DNA from: Prasinococcaceae sp. CCMP 1430
Taxonomy: Eukaryota; Plantae; Prasinodermophyta
DNA: 64,000 nucleotides
Direction: 5' to 3'
Assembly: GCA_013416795.1 (NCBI GenBank)
Contig: RQSC01000958.1
Location: forward strand, 1-64,000
The notes under the pieces are model-generated. The model was not told the origin of the DNA. It made no database searches and saw only the letters and a list, made by a program, of their open reading frames with translations. Below are positions 22,282-33,694 of the stretch, one piece after another. How positions within the stretch are numbered: position 1 is the first letter of the stretch; every line of letters starts with the position of its first letter. Both the position numbers and the translations under genes were made by a program.

Positions 22282-25200
22282 TCACTCGTCGGGGGATGCC
22301 TCCTCTGAAGCGTCATCCTTCAGCGCGCCGGGGTCGGACTCCATGCCCTTAGTCGCCGCAGCCTCCTCTTTCTGGGCGGCCTCCTCGTCCAGGGCGGCCT
22401 GCTCGTCCTCGGCGGCCTGCGACGCGCTAGACGACGCGCTGCCGTCATCCAATAGCGCGTGGTACTCGGACTCCTTGCCCTTGATCGCAGCAGCTTCCTC
22501 GTCGACGGGTGCCTCCTCGAGCACGTCATCCTGTAGCGCGTGGTACTCGGGCTCCTTGCCCTTGGTCGCCATAGCCTCCTCGTCTTGGGAGGCCTGGTCG
22601 TCCTCGGCGGCCTGCGACGCGCTCGACGGCGCGCTGGCGCCCCCTTTGCACAGCGCTCGCACGGCGTCCCTCAGCACACTCATCTTCATGGTGGGCGCGC
22701 GCACTCCAGCACGCGCGCCGATTTCCTTGTAGGCGATCACAGTCTCGAGCAGCTCGCGGAAGTCCTTGTCGCCCTCGATCGTGCGCAGGTGCTTTGCATC
22801 GCGCAGGCGCATTGCGTTGACGGACGTAAAGCACATACTGGTGCCGAAGCAGATGATGGCGAGGATAGGAATGATCGAGATTTTGGGGTCCTGCAGCTGC
22901 GAGAAGAAGCCCCCCACGAGGCCGAGCGAGACGATCATCGCGCCCGCACCGCAAAATGTAAGCCAGGCCATGCGCTTGACGATGGGTGTGGCGCCGTCCT
23001 TGCCCAGCAGGTTCTTGAGGTCATTGATGTTGAAGTTCTCGAAGTACCAAACCGTGGCCTCCTGCTCGGGCGTGAGCTTCAGCAGCCTGACCATCTCGCC
23101 GGTGAGCGGATCCTCCGCAGCCTCGCCGTTCATATGCTTGGCGATGCCATGGGCGATCTTGTCGGCGGCCTCCTTCGTGCGAATGGGAAAGGTGTACTTG
23201 ATGAAGAAGCCAACGAAGCAGCTCAGGAATGGGAGCAGGATGAAACAGAAGCGGATGAAACCCTTCACATTGTCGGTCTGCGTCTGCGACAAGCCCGACA
23301 CGGGCGGCACGAAGCCCAACAAGTTAATGATGGCCAGCGGGATGGCGCTCGCGGGGATGGCAACGAACTTAGGGATGAGAGTGGCGAACACAGAGAAGGA
23401 CGCCTCGGACCTCGCGCCGTTCAGAAACTCGTCGTAGTCGATCACATCAGAGAGCACCGACTGGATGAGCCCCTGCCCTCCGACAGGGATGCCGTTCACC
23501 CCCATGACAACAATGGTGTAGAGCGGGTCCCCCTCCCTGGGAATGAAAAAGAGCAGATTTGTGATGATGTTCACAACGTTGTAGAAAATCCACACGTGGA
23601 ACTTGCCATAGCGGTTGGCTGCCTTCAGCCATAAGGGTGTGGAGACCAGCGCGGCTACCAACAGCGCGGCCACGGATATACCCATGCACAGGCGCGGGTC
23701 CATTGCTGAGCCGTTCGACTGAGCGACCGCGCCGTCGGGGATGATAACATAGCGGATGAAGAATGGGAACATAGACACCAGCGCGCTCAGCCCCAGCCCG
23801 TCAAGCGCCCATGCCAGCAGCAGCGGGCGGAAGGCCGCGTTGGCGAAGGCGCGCATCACGCTTGGAACCAGGGGCACGGGCGCCGCCTGCGTCTGGGAGG
23901 TCTCGCGCTCCTTGACCTGATAAACGAGGTTGAGGATTGTCAGCACGTACCACAGCCCGAAAAAGAGCGCAGTGACCTGGAAGGCAAGCCTCGTGGCGTC
24001 GAGGTTGCCAGTGTCATACTGGTACACCTCCACGGTGGCGTTCAGCAGCTGTGCGGTGGGGTCCGCGGGAAGCCCGCAGACCGCGGCCATGGCCTCGGCG
24101 GCTGCGCGGTCATCTTGAAGCAGGAGCCCCGCGCCACAGGACTCCTCCAGAGCGTCGGGCTCAACCTCGTAGTAGAAGGTATCGTCACCCCAATCCTATT
24201 GTCCGCGTCGTGGCAGCAGTGTGCAATGGCGCTCGAGTCAGCGCCGCGCACAGTCGTCGACACGCGCGGTGCCTGGGGCTAGGGGCATGAGACGCGCAGC
24301 GCACAGACCACTCGCATACGTCCAATGCGCGAGCAATCGGCTTCCAGCGAGCACGAGCGCGCCACCGTCGCCCGTGGCAGCTGGCGCCCCACGACGCACC
24401 TGCCTGTAGCAGAAGCGACCGTTGGCGCCCACGCAGAGCGTCGAGCGCAGCGTGACATCGGTGTCCGACTCGAACAGCGGCGCACACGCGTCGCCAAGCT
24501 CGTACGCCTCCTTGGCGGTCAGGTCCAGCGCCGAGTCCTTCTTGCCCAGGGTATGCAGAAAGCCCAGCGACCAGAACGTCGTGTTGACGCGCTCATCGAC
24601 ATACCATGGTGGGTCGGCCGTGGAAGGAGCCTCGCCGACTGGCTCAAGCGTGACCGCGTCGTACCCGCCGTAGCAAGGCTGGCGGAGCAACGTCTCCGGG
24701 CGCAGGTAGCTCGACAGGCCCGCGGGTAGGCCCGCGGCGATGAGCATTCCAAAGAAATTCCATGACTTGGCAAGGAAGAAGACGTTGTTGCGCTCTTCGT
24801 ACGAGTCGGTGAGCTCGGGCCCCAAGGCCTCAAAGGGCACGTTGCAGTACGTGTCGGTAAAATAAAAGAGCACATAAAAGAAACCGAACCAATACGCGGC
24901 GACCTCATTGTTGCCGGCGTTGGCCAGCGAGCCCTCATTGTCCGGCCTCGGAGGCGTGAAGAGCAACACAAACATCACGCAGTACAGAACGCAACCGGTG
25001 GCCATGAACGGGCGGCGGCGCCCGTGCCGGCCGCGCGTCTTGTCACTGCGGAGTTTGCTCGTGCGTGCGCGCGCGTGCGCATGTGAGCACACCCACTGGC
25101 TAGCGCAGCGTTCGCGCGCAGCCCGCTCGCGCACGAGCGCGCGCGCACCGCACCTGAGCCAGCCCATGAGCGGGTCGGTGATGACGTCGAAGGAGCGCGC

Positions 25201-25766
25201 GAGCGCAGTAAAGAAGCTCAGGAAGGCCAGGTTGGCACCCACGTCCAGATAAAAGTCCTACGTGCGAGTGCGAGCGCGCGCGTGCGCGTCAACAAGGCCG
25301 TTCTCTGCTTCTGCATGCGCACGCCAATGCGCATGCGCGCCATGCGCACCCCTACCTGGCAGTACACAGCGATCAAGAAACTCAGGGAGGTCGTCGCAAA
25401 CTGCGCGTGCGTGGGTGTGCGCGTGCACGCGAGATCGTGAGGCGATCGCACGGGGACAGGAGGGGTCAGCGCACGCCCTCACGTCTATGCGCGTCCGCTC
25501 TTTCGCGCTGGTTGTGGGGCGCAGCGCGGCCCACGCACCGCTGGCATGGCATAAGAGAGCTTGACCCTGAAGTCGAGCGTCCCGGTGGTGGCATTGACGT
25601 CCTCGTACGTGACGCGTCGCAGTGCGACAAGCTCCTCTGCGCCATCGGCCTGCGCCGTGGCGCTCGCGGGGCTCTTCGAATCGCTCGTGGCCACCACGGG
25701 GATGGCCTCACCGCCGTCGTCCCACGCCTTTGGCGGCGTTTGCGGCGGCCGTCCGCCGCCGGACAT
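22282..25766 (-). CDS. MFS transporter, glycoside-pentoside-hexuronide (MFS_2/MelB-like) family, multi-exon
   Basis: KLSYAMP, ARSFDVITDPLMG, SDKTRGRHGRRRPF, NVPFEALGPELT..YEER, NAAFRPLLLAW, KAANRYGK and SDVIDYDEFLNGARSEASF are typical MFS_2 motifs. Confidence 0.9.
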
Positions 25767-26514
25767 GCCGCGTGCGGGGCGCGCGCGCCACGGACCACGC
25801 GCGCGCGCCGAGTGGCGCCCCAGCCCTCCCCCCACCCTCCCAATCCTGCGCACAGCGCGGGCCGTAGCCAGCGCGCGAGCTCGCCGCACGAAATTCGTAT
25901 CCACCATCGCCCGACAGTTCGCTTGGGTGCGCGCAGAGCAGCACGAAATACAGCAGGCCAGCAGCGCCGCGCCGGTCGCGGTTGGTTGGCGTGCGCTGCT
26001 GGCTGGATCGGGCCTCAGCAAACCCAAAGCCCTCGCCTCGCTCGCTCGGCCGCGCCTGCGCGTCGCGCGATCAGTCAATCACGGGGCTCGGATCGAAACC
26101 CTCGATTGCGCACCCAAAATGCGCGCGCGCGCCGTTCATCGCCGCGCGGTCGGTTCCTCGCGAGGATCTATCCGCCAGTCGTGTCGCGCACGGGCGCGCG
26201 TTTTTCCCCGCTCCCCCCCCCCGCTCTGCACGCGCTCGCGCGGATTCCAGTTGGGGCGTTTTTGCCGCGGAGGTGAGCGCGCGCATGCGGTGAGCGGAGG
26301 AAGTTCTTCGGGCATAGGGTTCCAGGAATCCACATTACGCTTGGTCTGTTGGGCGTTGGATGGAATCCAGATCAGAACGTGAGCTGACGATTCGGTATCG
26401 CGCGCGCGCGCGTGCGCGCGCGCGCGCGAGAGAGCGGGGTGCGCCCGCGCGGCGTTGCCACAGCGCGCAGCAGGCGCGGTGCGGCGGCGACGCAAGGGCG
26501 TGCGTGTGCAGTGA

Positions 26515-27196
26515 GGGCGTCCGGGCGGGGGCGGCAAGGCCAGCCGGCGGGCGCGCTACCTCGCGGGGCGCGAGGCGCTCACGGGATCGCTGGCATGCGC
26601 CATCGGCTGCGATGTCACCGTCGAGACCGTTCGGGACAGGCTCATCAAGGCGCGTCCACGCCCGCGGTCGCAGCGCGGCGCGGTGGCCGCGCACGATCGG
26701 CCAGGGGGTAAGGCCCCGATGCGCGCGGTGGGTGCCGCCCTCTCTGCTGCTGACACGTGGCTCACGCCGCAAACCACGCGCGGCGCCCACGCCCTCTTCG
26801 CGGTGGCAGGGCAAACTCACTGACTGCGACGCGCGCATGGGCTTGACGATATCGGGCGCACGCATCACGGACATGCGGTACGAGGACGCCGGCGAGCGCT
26901 GGCGCGCGCCGGACGGTGCGAGCGCATCGGGCGAACCCCCCGACGCCCCGCAGGTGTATGTAGACGAGGAGAGCGGGATGGAGATTGAGCACCTGCCAGC
27001 GGACACGTTGTTTGTGCGTGGTAGGGACGTGCGAATGGTGCACCTACCGGCGGACCTCGACTTTAGCAGCGCGATGGAGAAGATGCGCCACGAGCGCGGC
27101 CGCGGCGACCGCGAAAGGGCGACCAAGTACATGCCATCACTGCCCAAGGGCGTGCCCACGCAGGGTATGGGCGCGCCCGGCCGTCACGGGGTGTAG
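26515..27196 (+). CDS. LSM10: Sm-like protein most similar to LSm10 (U7 snRNP); probable GC-AG intron 26650-26809; start unresolved
   Basis: Spliced Sm1 GCDVTVETVRDRLIK|GKLTDCDARMGL and Sm2 DTLFVRGRDVRMVHLPAD resemble LSm10 Sm2 (LFVxGRNVRYVHIPDD, from memory). Confidence 0.65.
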
Positions 27197-27439
27197 CTTC
27201 CCGAGCACGTGTGCAAGACCACCGCCTCCTGTAATCTATGCGCGATGTACTATAGCATAACAACGCTGCTTCGGCTTGCGCGGTGTTGCGGGCTGGCCCG
27301 TCCAGAGCGCAGGAAGCCAGGGACGATGATCGTCGCCTCGTGCGCGCTTCGGTGCGCCATCGTCAAGCGAACTTGGTCGCCTCTCTTACGAAGGAATACG
27401 CAGAGAGGGCGCGCGCGCGCGCTCCGAAAGCCGGCTTCT

Positions 27440-28596
27440 TCACAGGAACGGCGGCATGATCACCCAGCGGCGCGGATACTTCTCGCGGCCCTCCTTGCCG
27501 TCGAAGGTGCGCTTGAGGCGCTTGTGCTTGGCGATGGCCCACTCGATCATCTGCCCTCCACCGCAGACCATGAAGACGTACCCCGCAACCGACTGCGTCG
27601 CGATGTTGAAGCCGAGCCACGACATGATCTCGGCGAAGTAGTTGGCGCACGTGATGCCCGGGAAATCGAACAGAAAGCCCCGAGGGATCTGATAGCCCGT
27701 CGTGCCCGGCTTGCGAAGGTTTTTCAGGATGATGTGGCAGTAGAGATTGGAGAGCTCCATGAGCACGCCGAATGCGAGGCCGATCGCTTGCTGCGTCTCC
27801 GAGACGGCCGTGTACTTAGGGTGGCAGATGAAGTAGCCGCACCACGCCGCGAACGACCAGTAGTAGCCGCAGTTGCGGTACAGATTCATGATTGGCATCG
27901 TGCCGTGTGAAAAGTTGTGCACAAAAAACGTCTCGAGGATGCGCTTGAGGTAGTGCGTGAACCAGAACACCGTCGCTGCCGTCTGGATGGGCTGCGGCTC
28001 GAAGCTGGCGCCGTAGATCTGCGCGCGGCAGCAGTAGATCGCAGGGAAGATGACCATGGGGCCGAAGTACTCCCAGAAGAACACAGTCGAGTACCCGATT
28101 TGCGGCCCGAGGTCCTTGAACACGAGCGCGTCGCCATCCTTGACGCCGTAATCGGACAGTTTCTTGCCGGCGACGAGCACCTTTGGCTTCTTCTCACCGG
28201 GCTCCGCCTTGGGCAGCGTCCAACGCTGGCGCGTCGGGTCGCACTTGGGGCGCGTCTTCCAGAACGCCTGAGGCCGCCAACCAGGGTGTGGGCGGCGCGT
28301 GCGGTGGTGTCAGCGGCCGGCATGCACTCCGATGAACGAGAGAAACAGCGAGCTAGGAGAGGCGGAGGCGGCCACGGGCGCGCACGCATGCCAGCGCGGC
28401 GGGGCAGACAGTGGGAGCACCCTCGCCCACCGCGCCGCCGCCGGGCGGTCGCGCGGCATCAGCCGCGCGCGAGCGCGCCTTCGCGCGGGCGCACCTGCAC
28501 GAGGTCGTTCACCGTCGGCGCGCCCTGGTACGAGGCGAGGTACAACCCACCATCCACGAGCACCTTGCCCTTACGATCCACCACCTGGAGCTTCAT
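27440..28596 (-). CDS. TECR: Very-long-chain trans-2,3-enoyl-CoA reductase (TECR/TSC13/CER10); exons 28495-28596 and 27440-28267
   Basis: FKDLGPQIGYSTVFFWEYFGP, HYLKRILETFFVHNFSHGTMP, NCGYYW, IPRGFLF, CANYFAEI. Confidence 0.95.
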
Positions 28597-28636
28597 CGCC
28601 GCCGCCGCAGGATGGGAGGGTGAGAGGGATGGGGCA

Positions 28637-28638
<2 letters not shown>

Positions 28639-28687
<49 letters not shown>
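28639..28687. repeat. Poly-G homopolymer (49 nt)
   Basis: Directly visible, about 40 nt upstream of the TECR ATG. Confidence 0.8.
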
Positions 28688-29158
28688 CGCGCGCTCGCGC
28701 TATGCAGCCCGAGCGCTCGCGCGCAAACAGCTCCATTGGAGGTTTTCCTGCGAGCCCAACTTGATGTCAGTAGACTCGTGGCACGTGAGCAATCGCGATA
28801 AGGTCACCGAGCTATGCGTAGACCCGGGATCCGGGAATTTACACCGGGTCTTTCTGGTGGTCAGACCATGGTCAAGCTGTCCGATGACCCAGGTCTTCAG
28901 AAGTCATGCCGGGTCTGAAGTACGTATGCCGTTTCCCCCGCGTTTCGCGTTCGCGGCAGCCGCCGGCCGGCCGCCGGCGCGGGGACGGGCGCGGCGGAGA
29001 GCCGGCGGCGCCCCGGCCGCCACACGGCGCGCGCGCGGCGGCCCTGCGTACGCGCACACGCTCGCGCATTCACGTGCGCGCGCGCTCGATATCGCACGCA
29101 CGCACAGTCGCTGGACGAGTGGTGCGCGTGCGGCGCGCGCGCAGGCCTGCCACAGGAG

Positions 29159-30337
29159 ATGGGCGGCGCGCAGAAGCGCAAGGCTGCCACTGATAAGAAG
29201 GCTGCGCGCGCCGCGGCGCGGCCCGCCCCTGCCCCCGCCGCGGGGGCGAGGAAGGGCAAGGGCAAGGCTGAGAGCAAGGGCAAGGCAAAACTGAGGGCTG
29301 AGGCCGCCGCTGCGGAGTGCGACAGTGACGACGAGTCCGAGCTCAACGATGAGGAGCTCGCGCAGCTCGAAGAGATGATCGCGGACTATGACGCGCTCGG
29401 GTCGGACGGCTCGGGCTCCGATAGCTCCGACTCGGACGGCTCCGACGACGACCTCGTTGCGAGCGAGACAGAGGAGGAAGAGGAGGAGGGCGTGGGCGAG
29501 GAGGTGAGGGTGGACTTCGAGTTCTTCGATCCGCGCGAGGCAGACTACCACACCACCAAGCTGCTCATGCGCGGGCTGTGCGGCGGGGCAGACGACATAA
29601 ACACCGCGGCGCTCGCCGATGCGGTCGCTGGCCAGGTTGAGGTCGGCACTGTTGTGCGCGCGGGTGCAGCTGAGGAGGTGGGGGCCAAAACCAACAAGCG
29701 CGACGCCAAGGGCAAGGGCGCAGCCGACGGCGACACCGTGGCCTTCGCGAGTGCGCTTGGGCTCGGCACGCATGCCGTCGCCACGTCAAGCGTAATCAGC
29801 ACGCTCAAGGCGGCCGCGCACGCCAAGGACGCGGCGAAAATCAGCGAGCTGATGGCCGAGGGTGACAAGGCCGCGCTTCTGCTCGTGCAGCGCGCTGCGG
29901 GGCTGCCGTTTGAGCTCGCCACCAATCTCGTGCGCGCGCTGTTCGAGGACATCGCATGGGCGCGCGAGAACGCCGAGGGCGGCGCACAGTCCTTCAGCTT
30001 CGAGCGGCTGCTCCACACAGCGCCGTGCTGGAGGCTCGACGCAGGAGTGGGCGGGGAACGCAGCGCCAGTGAGGTGCCGCGCAAGAAGCTGAAGAAGGAG
30101 AAGAGGAGTAAGCGCGGTCGCGACCTGGACTTCGCGCGTTGGGAGGATCGCGCAATGCTGCAGCACGCTGAGTGGTACTGCGTGGTGGACGGCCACAACG
30201 CTGCCGATGCCGCGGGGCCACTTGCCGAGGGCGCTTCGCCAGCGATGGCGATCATGTGCATCCCCGTAGCCGCTGAGGCGAAGCTCCTCCAGAGCCTGAG
30301 CGAGCTCATGGCCGACCTCGAGAGTGGGTGCCAATGA
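29159..30337 (+). CDS. BCP1: BCCIP/Bcp1 family protein (possible extra upstream exon 28764-28919)
   Basis: Acidic N-terminus followed by EEVRVDFEFFDP...DYH..KLL and the LPFEL..NL..ALFEDIAWA motif. Confidence 0.85.
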   Translation: MGGAQKRKAATDKKAARAAARPAPAPAAGARKGKGKAESKGKAKLRAEAAAAECDSDDESELNDEELAQLEEMIADYDALGSDGSGSDSSDSDGSDDDLVASETEEEEEEGVGEEVRVDFEFFDPREADYHTTKLLMRGLCGGADDINTAALADAVAGQVEVGTVVRAGAAEEVGAKTNKRDAKGKGAADGDTVAFASALGLGTHAVATSSVISTLKAAAHAKDAAKISELMAEGDKAALLLVQRAAGLPFELATNLVRALFEDIAWARENAEGGAQSFSFERLLHTAPCWRLDAGVGGERSASEVPRKKLKKEKRSKRGRDLDFARWEDRAMLQHAEWYCVVDGHNAADAAGPLAEGASPAMAIMCIPVAAEAKLLQSLSELMADLESGCQ

Positions 30338-30388
30338 CAGCAGTGGGATTAAGATTGCATTACACCCAAGCCTACACGCGCGACAGGC

Positions 30389-32988
30389 TCACGCGCGCTC
30401 AGATGAGAGAGCAGCCTCGAGGTCATCGCGTGCCCCGCCGTCGTCGTCCTCGCCGCTATGAGCGGTCTCATTAGCAGTATCATCACTGGCTGCAGAAACT
30501 TCCGCGCCCGTGCTCTCGCCGTTGGCTTCGCCCACGTCTATGACGGTGTCGGTCGCGGGAGCCTGCCTTTCTGCGCCCACGTTGGCGCCTTCTCCTCGGC
30601 CATGATGGTCGCCGACGTCGGCATCCTCATGCAAGAGAGGCACCGGCCCGTTGAGTTCCGCCAAAATCCTACTCTCCATCAGGGCCTTGTCACTGAGTTC
30701 GGCGGCCATGGCGGCGCGCGCCTCCTCGGCCTTTTTGACGACATCCATCGGCACCTCCTCCCCGGTGGAGAGCACGGCAAACTGTCCTTCCAACTCCTCA
30801 AGTGACTCCACTTCCCTGCCGAGACCGATGTGCTTGCCCACGCGCTCCTGAATGAGCCTGTCAGCCTCGTTGAGTTCCTCTTTGCTTGGCCCGAGCAGCG
30901 GTGCAGCGCCGTGTAACAATGCCTCTAGTTGCCTGTCGAGGGCTGCGGCGTCGAGGGCCGACAAGCGCACAAGATCCATCCCCAAGCCCTGCGCACTACC
31001 GTGCGAACCCACAGTCAATCCGCCACCCTCGGACCCTCCATCGCCGCCCTCGGCAACTGGGATGAACTCACGCTTGAGCTTGCAGTCGCTCAGGGCGAAG
31101 GGCAACCTCTGGTGAGCAGCGCACATGTACGAGGTGAACAACCCCTGGGCCTTGCCCTCCTGGCTCACAGGGTACGGGGCAATGGAAGAGTTGATGCACC
31201 CGGAACCGGCATGGCAGCGCCAGTCGAAGACGGGCACGCGCGCGCGCGTGGATGGCTCTGGATAGCGCTGCACGCGGTTGCTGTCGCGTGCCGCTGCAGT
31301 CCACGTAAAGTCTGAACCCCGGCGCTTGCTCAACGGTCCCTTCTCATCGCCCTGCGGCGTGCCATCCGGTGGGTCGAGCATGTCCAGCAGATTGACCAGA
31401 GAGCGCTGGAGGCGCGTGAGGCGATGCTTGGCATTTGAACACAGCGGAAAGCGCTTGATATCAGCGTGCACTGCGCAGCGGGAAGGGGTGGTTGCACGGA
31501 CGGTCAGCAAGCGGGCGCGCACGCGCAGGATCGCGCGCGCACGTCGAGAGCGCGCGCGTCATGCGAGCGCGCCCGCTCTCCCTCACCCTTCCTGAAGTTC
31601 GCGGCGAAGGCATTTGTCTCCGCCGCCGGGGCGCCCGCGCGCAAGCGCCGCATTGCCATCTCAACAGCCTTGGCCTTGTCTTCGTCGCTCTCTTCATGGA
31701 GAGCCCAGCGAAACTGCCCGATTTCGCTCGACCACTCCCACCGACCCTCCTCAGCACGGGGGCGCACTTCCCACTTGACTACACTCGCACCGGTCCCGTT
31801 GCTCCCCGCAGCAGCACTGTCGCGCACCGCCGAGCACTCCTTCGCCTCGTAGCGCTCGCGGAACTCGGCGTAGCCGATGGGGTGCCAACGCATCCCCGCG
31901 TTTGAGCCGCCAGAAGGGTTTTGCGCGGAGGAACCAGGCAGAGCGGAATGGCTCGAGTCCGTCGTGGCGGCGTCTGCTAGCGGCGAGCTTGCGAGCATGA
32001 CTTCGGCGATGGCACGCTGCTCGCCGCGATACAGCTGGAAGTCGCCTCGCTTGAGTGCGGGCGCGGTGGCGCCTACCTGCCACTGCGGGCCGTCGAGCCC
32101 TGCCTCGTGTGGCTTGCCGCCGGCGAAGCCGCCCGCCCGCAGGCCTGCCGCGGAGATCCCCTCTCCCGAGAGGCTGAGCTCTACCTCGTTCAGCAAGCGA
32201 AAGATCGAGCGCAGGGCCTCGGTCAGGGCGACGTTCCGCGAGCGCCGCCACGTCCGCGCCGCGCGCCGCACGCGCGCGCCTGCCAAGAGGGACATCGAGG
32301 CCTCAGCGATGCCTCCGGACCCCCCGCCGGCAATTTTGGAGACCATGTTGGCCACCCTGGTCGTGGTGTCGCTCGACTCGCTATCGATGCTGCTGCGAGG
32401 CTTGCGCGCGCAGGCGCTCTCGCTGTCCTCGTCGTTATATATGTCGGCGTCGGCATCGGCGAGCGCGCAAAGCACAACAGCCTCCCGCCGCGCGATCTCC
32501 GCGCAGCACAAGAAATCGCTGAGCAGGTAGAGCGTGTGCAGCTCGCGGTACTGCGCGTCTCTGTGCGCATAGAACGCGGCCGCGGGCGTCGACACGGAGC
32601 TCGCGGGCGCCTGCGGCCGCAGGAAGTCGTCGCTCAGCACGAGTAGCCGGCAGCGCGCCTGCAGTTCGAACGTTGCCGCGGCCAGCGGCTCGAGGTATGA
32701 CGCGAGCGAGCGGCGCATCTCCTCCGTGGTGGAGCGTTCGGCGCCCAGGAGCTCGAGCCGCTTCGACATCGCCCTTTCGATTCGGTTGATCTCCTTGCTC
32801 GCGCGGCCGAGCTCGGTGCCCACACGCTTCTCGAGCGAGCGCGAGCGCCCCGCTTCTTCCGCGTGTGCCACCTTGCTGCCGCGCCTGGCACAGCACGCCC
32901 GCGCCGCCAGGACGAGCGCCACAAGGGCCACCAGCGCCGTGCCGGCCGCGATGTAGCCCGCGTTGTCCTTGAGCACGTCGAACACCAT
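30389..32988 (-). CDS. Single-pass membrane hypothetical protein (~830 aa) joining ORFs 31504-32988 and 30389-31522 via intron 31471-31586
   Basis: N-terminal TM helix. GTGAGG donor at 31586, CTGAC branch point and GCGCAG acceptor at 31471 give the phase-1 in-frame join RK-V-HADIKR. Confidence 0.65.
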
Positions 32989-33609
32989 CGCTGCCGCCCC
33001 GCGGGCTCTGCGGACGGGCTACGCAGGCCGCGGCTGCCCTCCCTCACCCCGCTCTGCGCGCGCGCGCGGCGCGCCGGCTGGAGGAGTCGGGAACGGAACA
33101 GTGGGTTGGATGGGGGGGTGGGGTTGGGCGCTGGCTGCGCGCCCTCTGCCCGCGCCCCGCACCGCACGCGGCGAGCGCAGCCACAGCAGGGGCCCCGCGG
33201 CCCGAGACGAAAAACACGGACAACACTCACTCGAATACCAAAACCGTTTTCAATCGCGTCGTCCGTTCGCACTCACCCGGGCATCGAAATTCTGCTCAAG
33301 GAGCGCCGAAATTTCGTTCGGGCCGTTGGCGTCTCGTTACACTTTTTTTTGAAGTTCAGTTCTTTGCCTTGATGGGGGGGGGTACGGTGGTTCGTCAAAC
33401 ACCCCTTCCCGCCTCGAACCTGGTCTGCGTTTGTCTCTCCGGGGATGGGCACGTCACGATCAGTATTCTTGTGAGTGAACCGGGGTGGGAGCGGGCTTTC
33501 CCCGAAGAAAGAACCAGCGCGCTCGCCGATGGCGTATCGGGCCGTGAAGGCCGGCACACCGTGGCGCTTGGCGGGCCGCGGCGCGGCGCGGCATGGGTGT
33601 TGCGGAAAA

Positions 33610-33637
<28 letters not shown>
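33610..33637. repeat. Poly-C homopolymer (28 nt)
   Basis: Directly visible, upstream of ATG 33695. Confidence 0.8.
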
Positions 33638-33640
<3 letters not shown>

Positions 33641-33694
33641 CCCGCCTGTTCCTTTCCCCTGGCGTCGCCAGAGCGTAGCGGCCTGCGCCTGGCG

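Noticed and set aside
28761-28918. Box C/D snoRNA here or in the 20612-20742 repeat (terminal CTGA motifs)
   Set aside because: No canonical RTGATGA box C at the expected position and no rRNA/snRNA complementarity that I could recognise. An Infernal scan would be needed.
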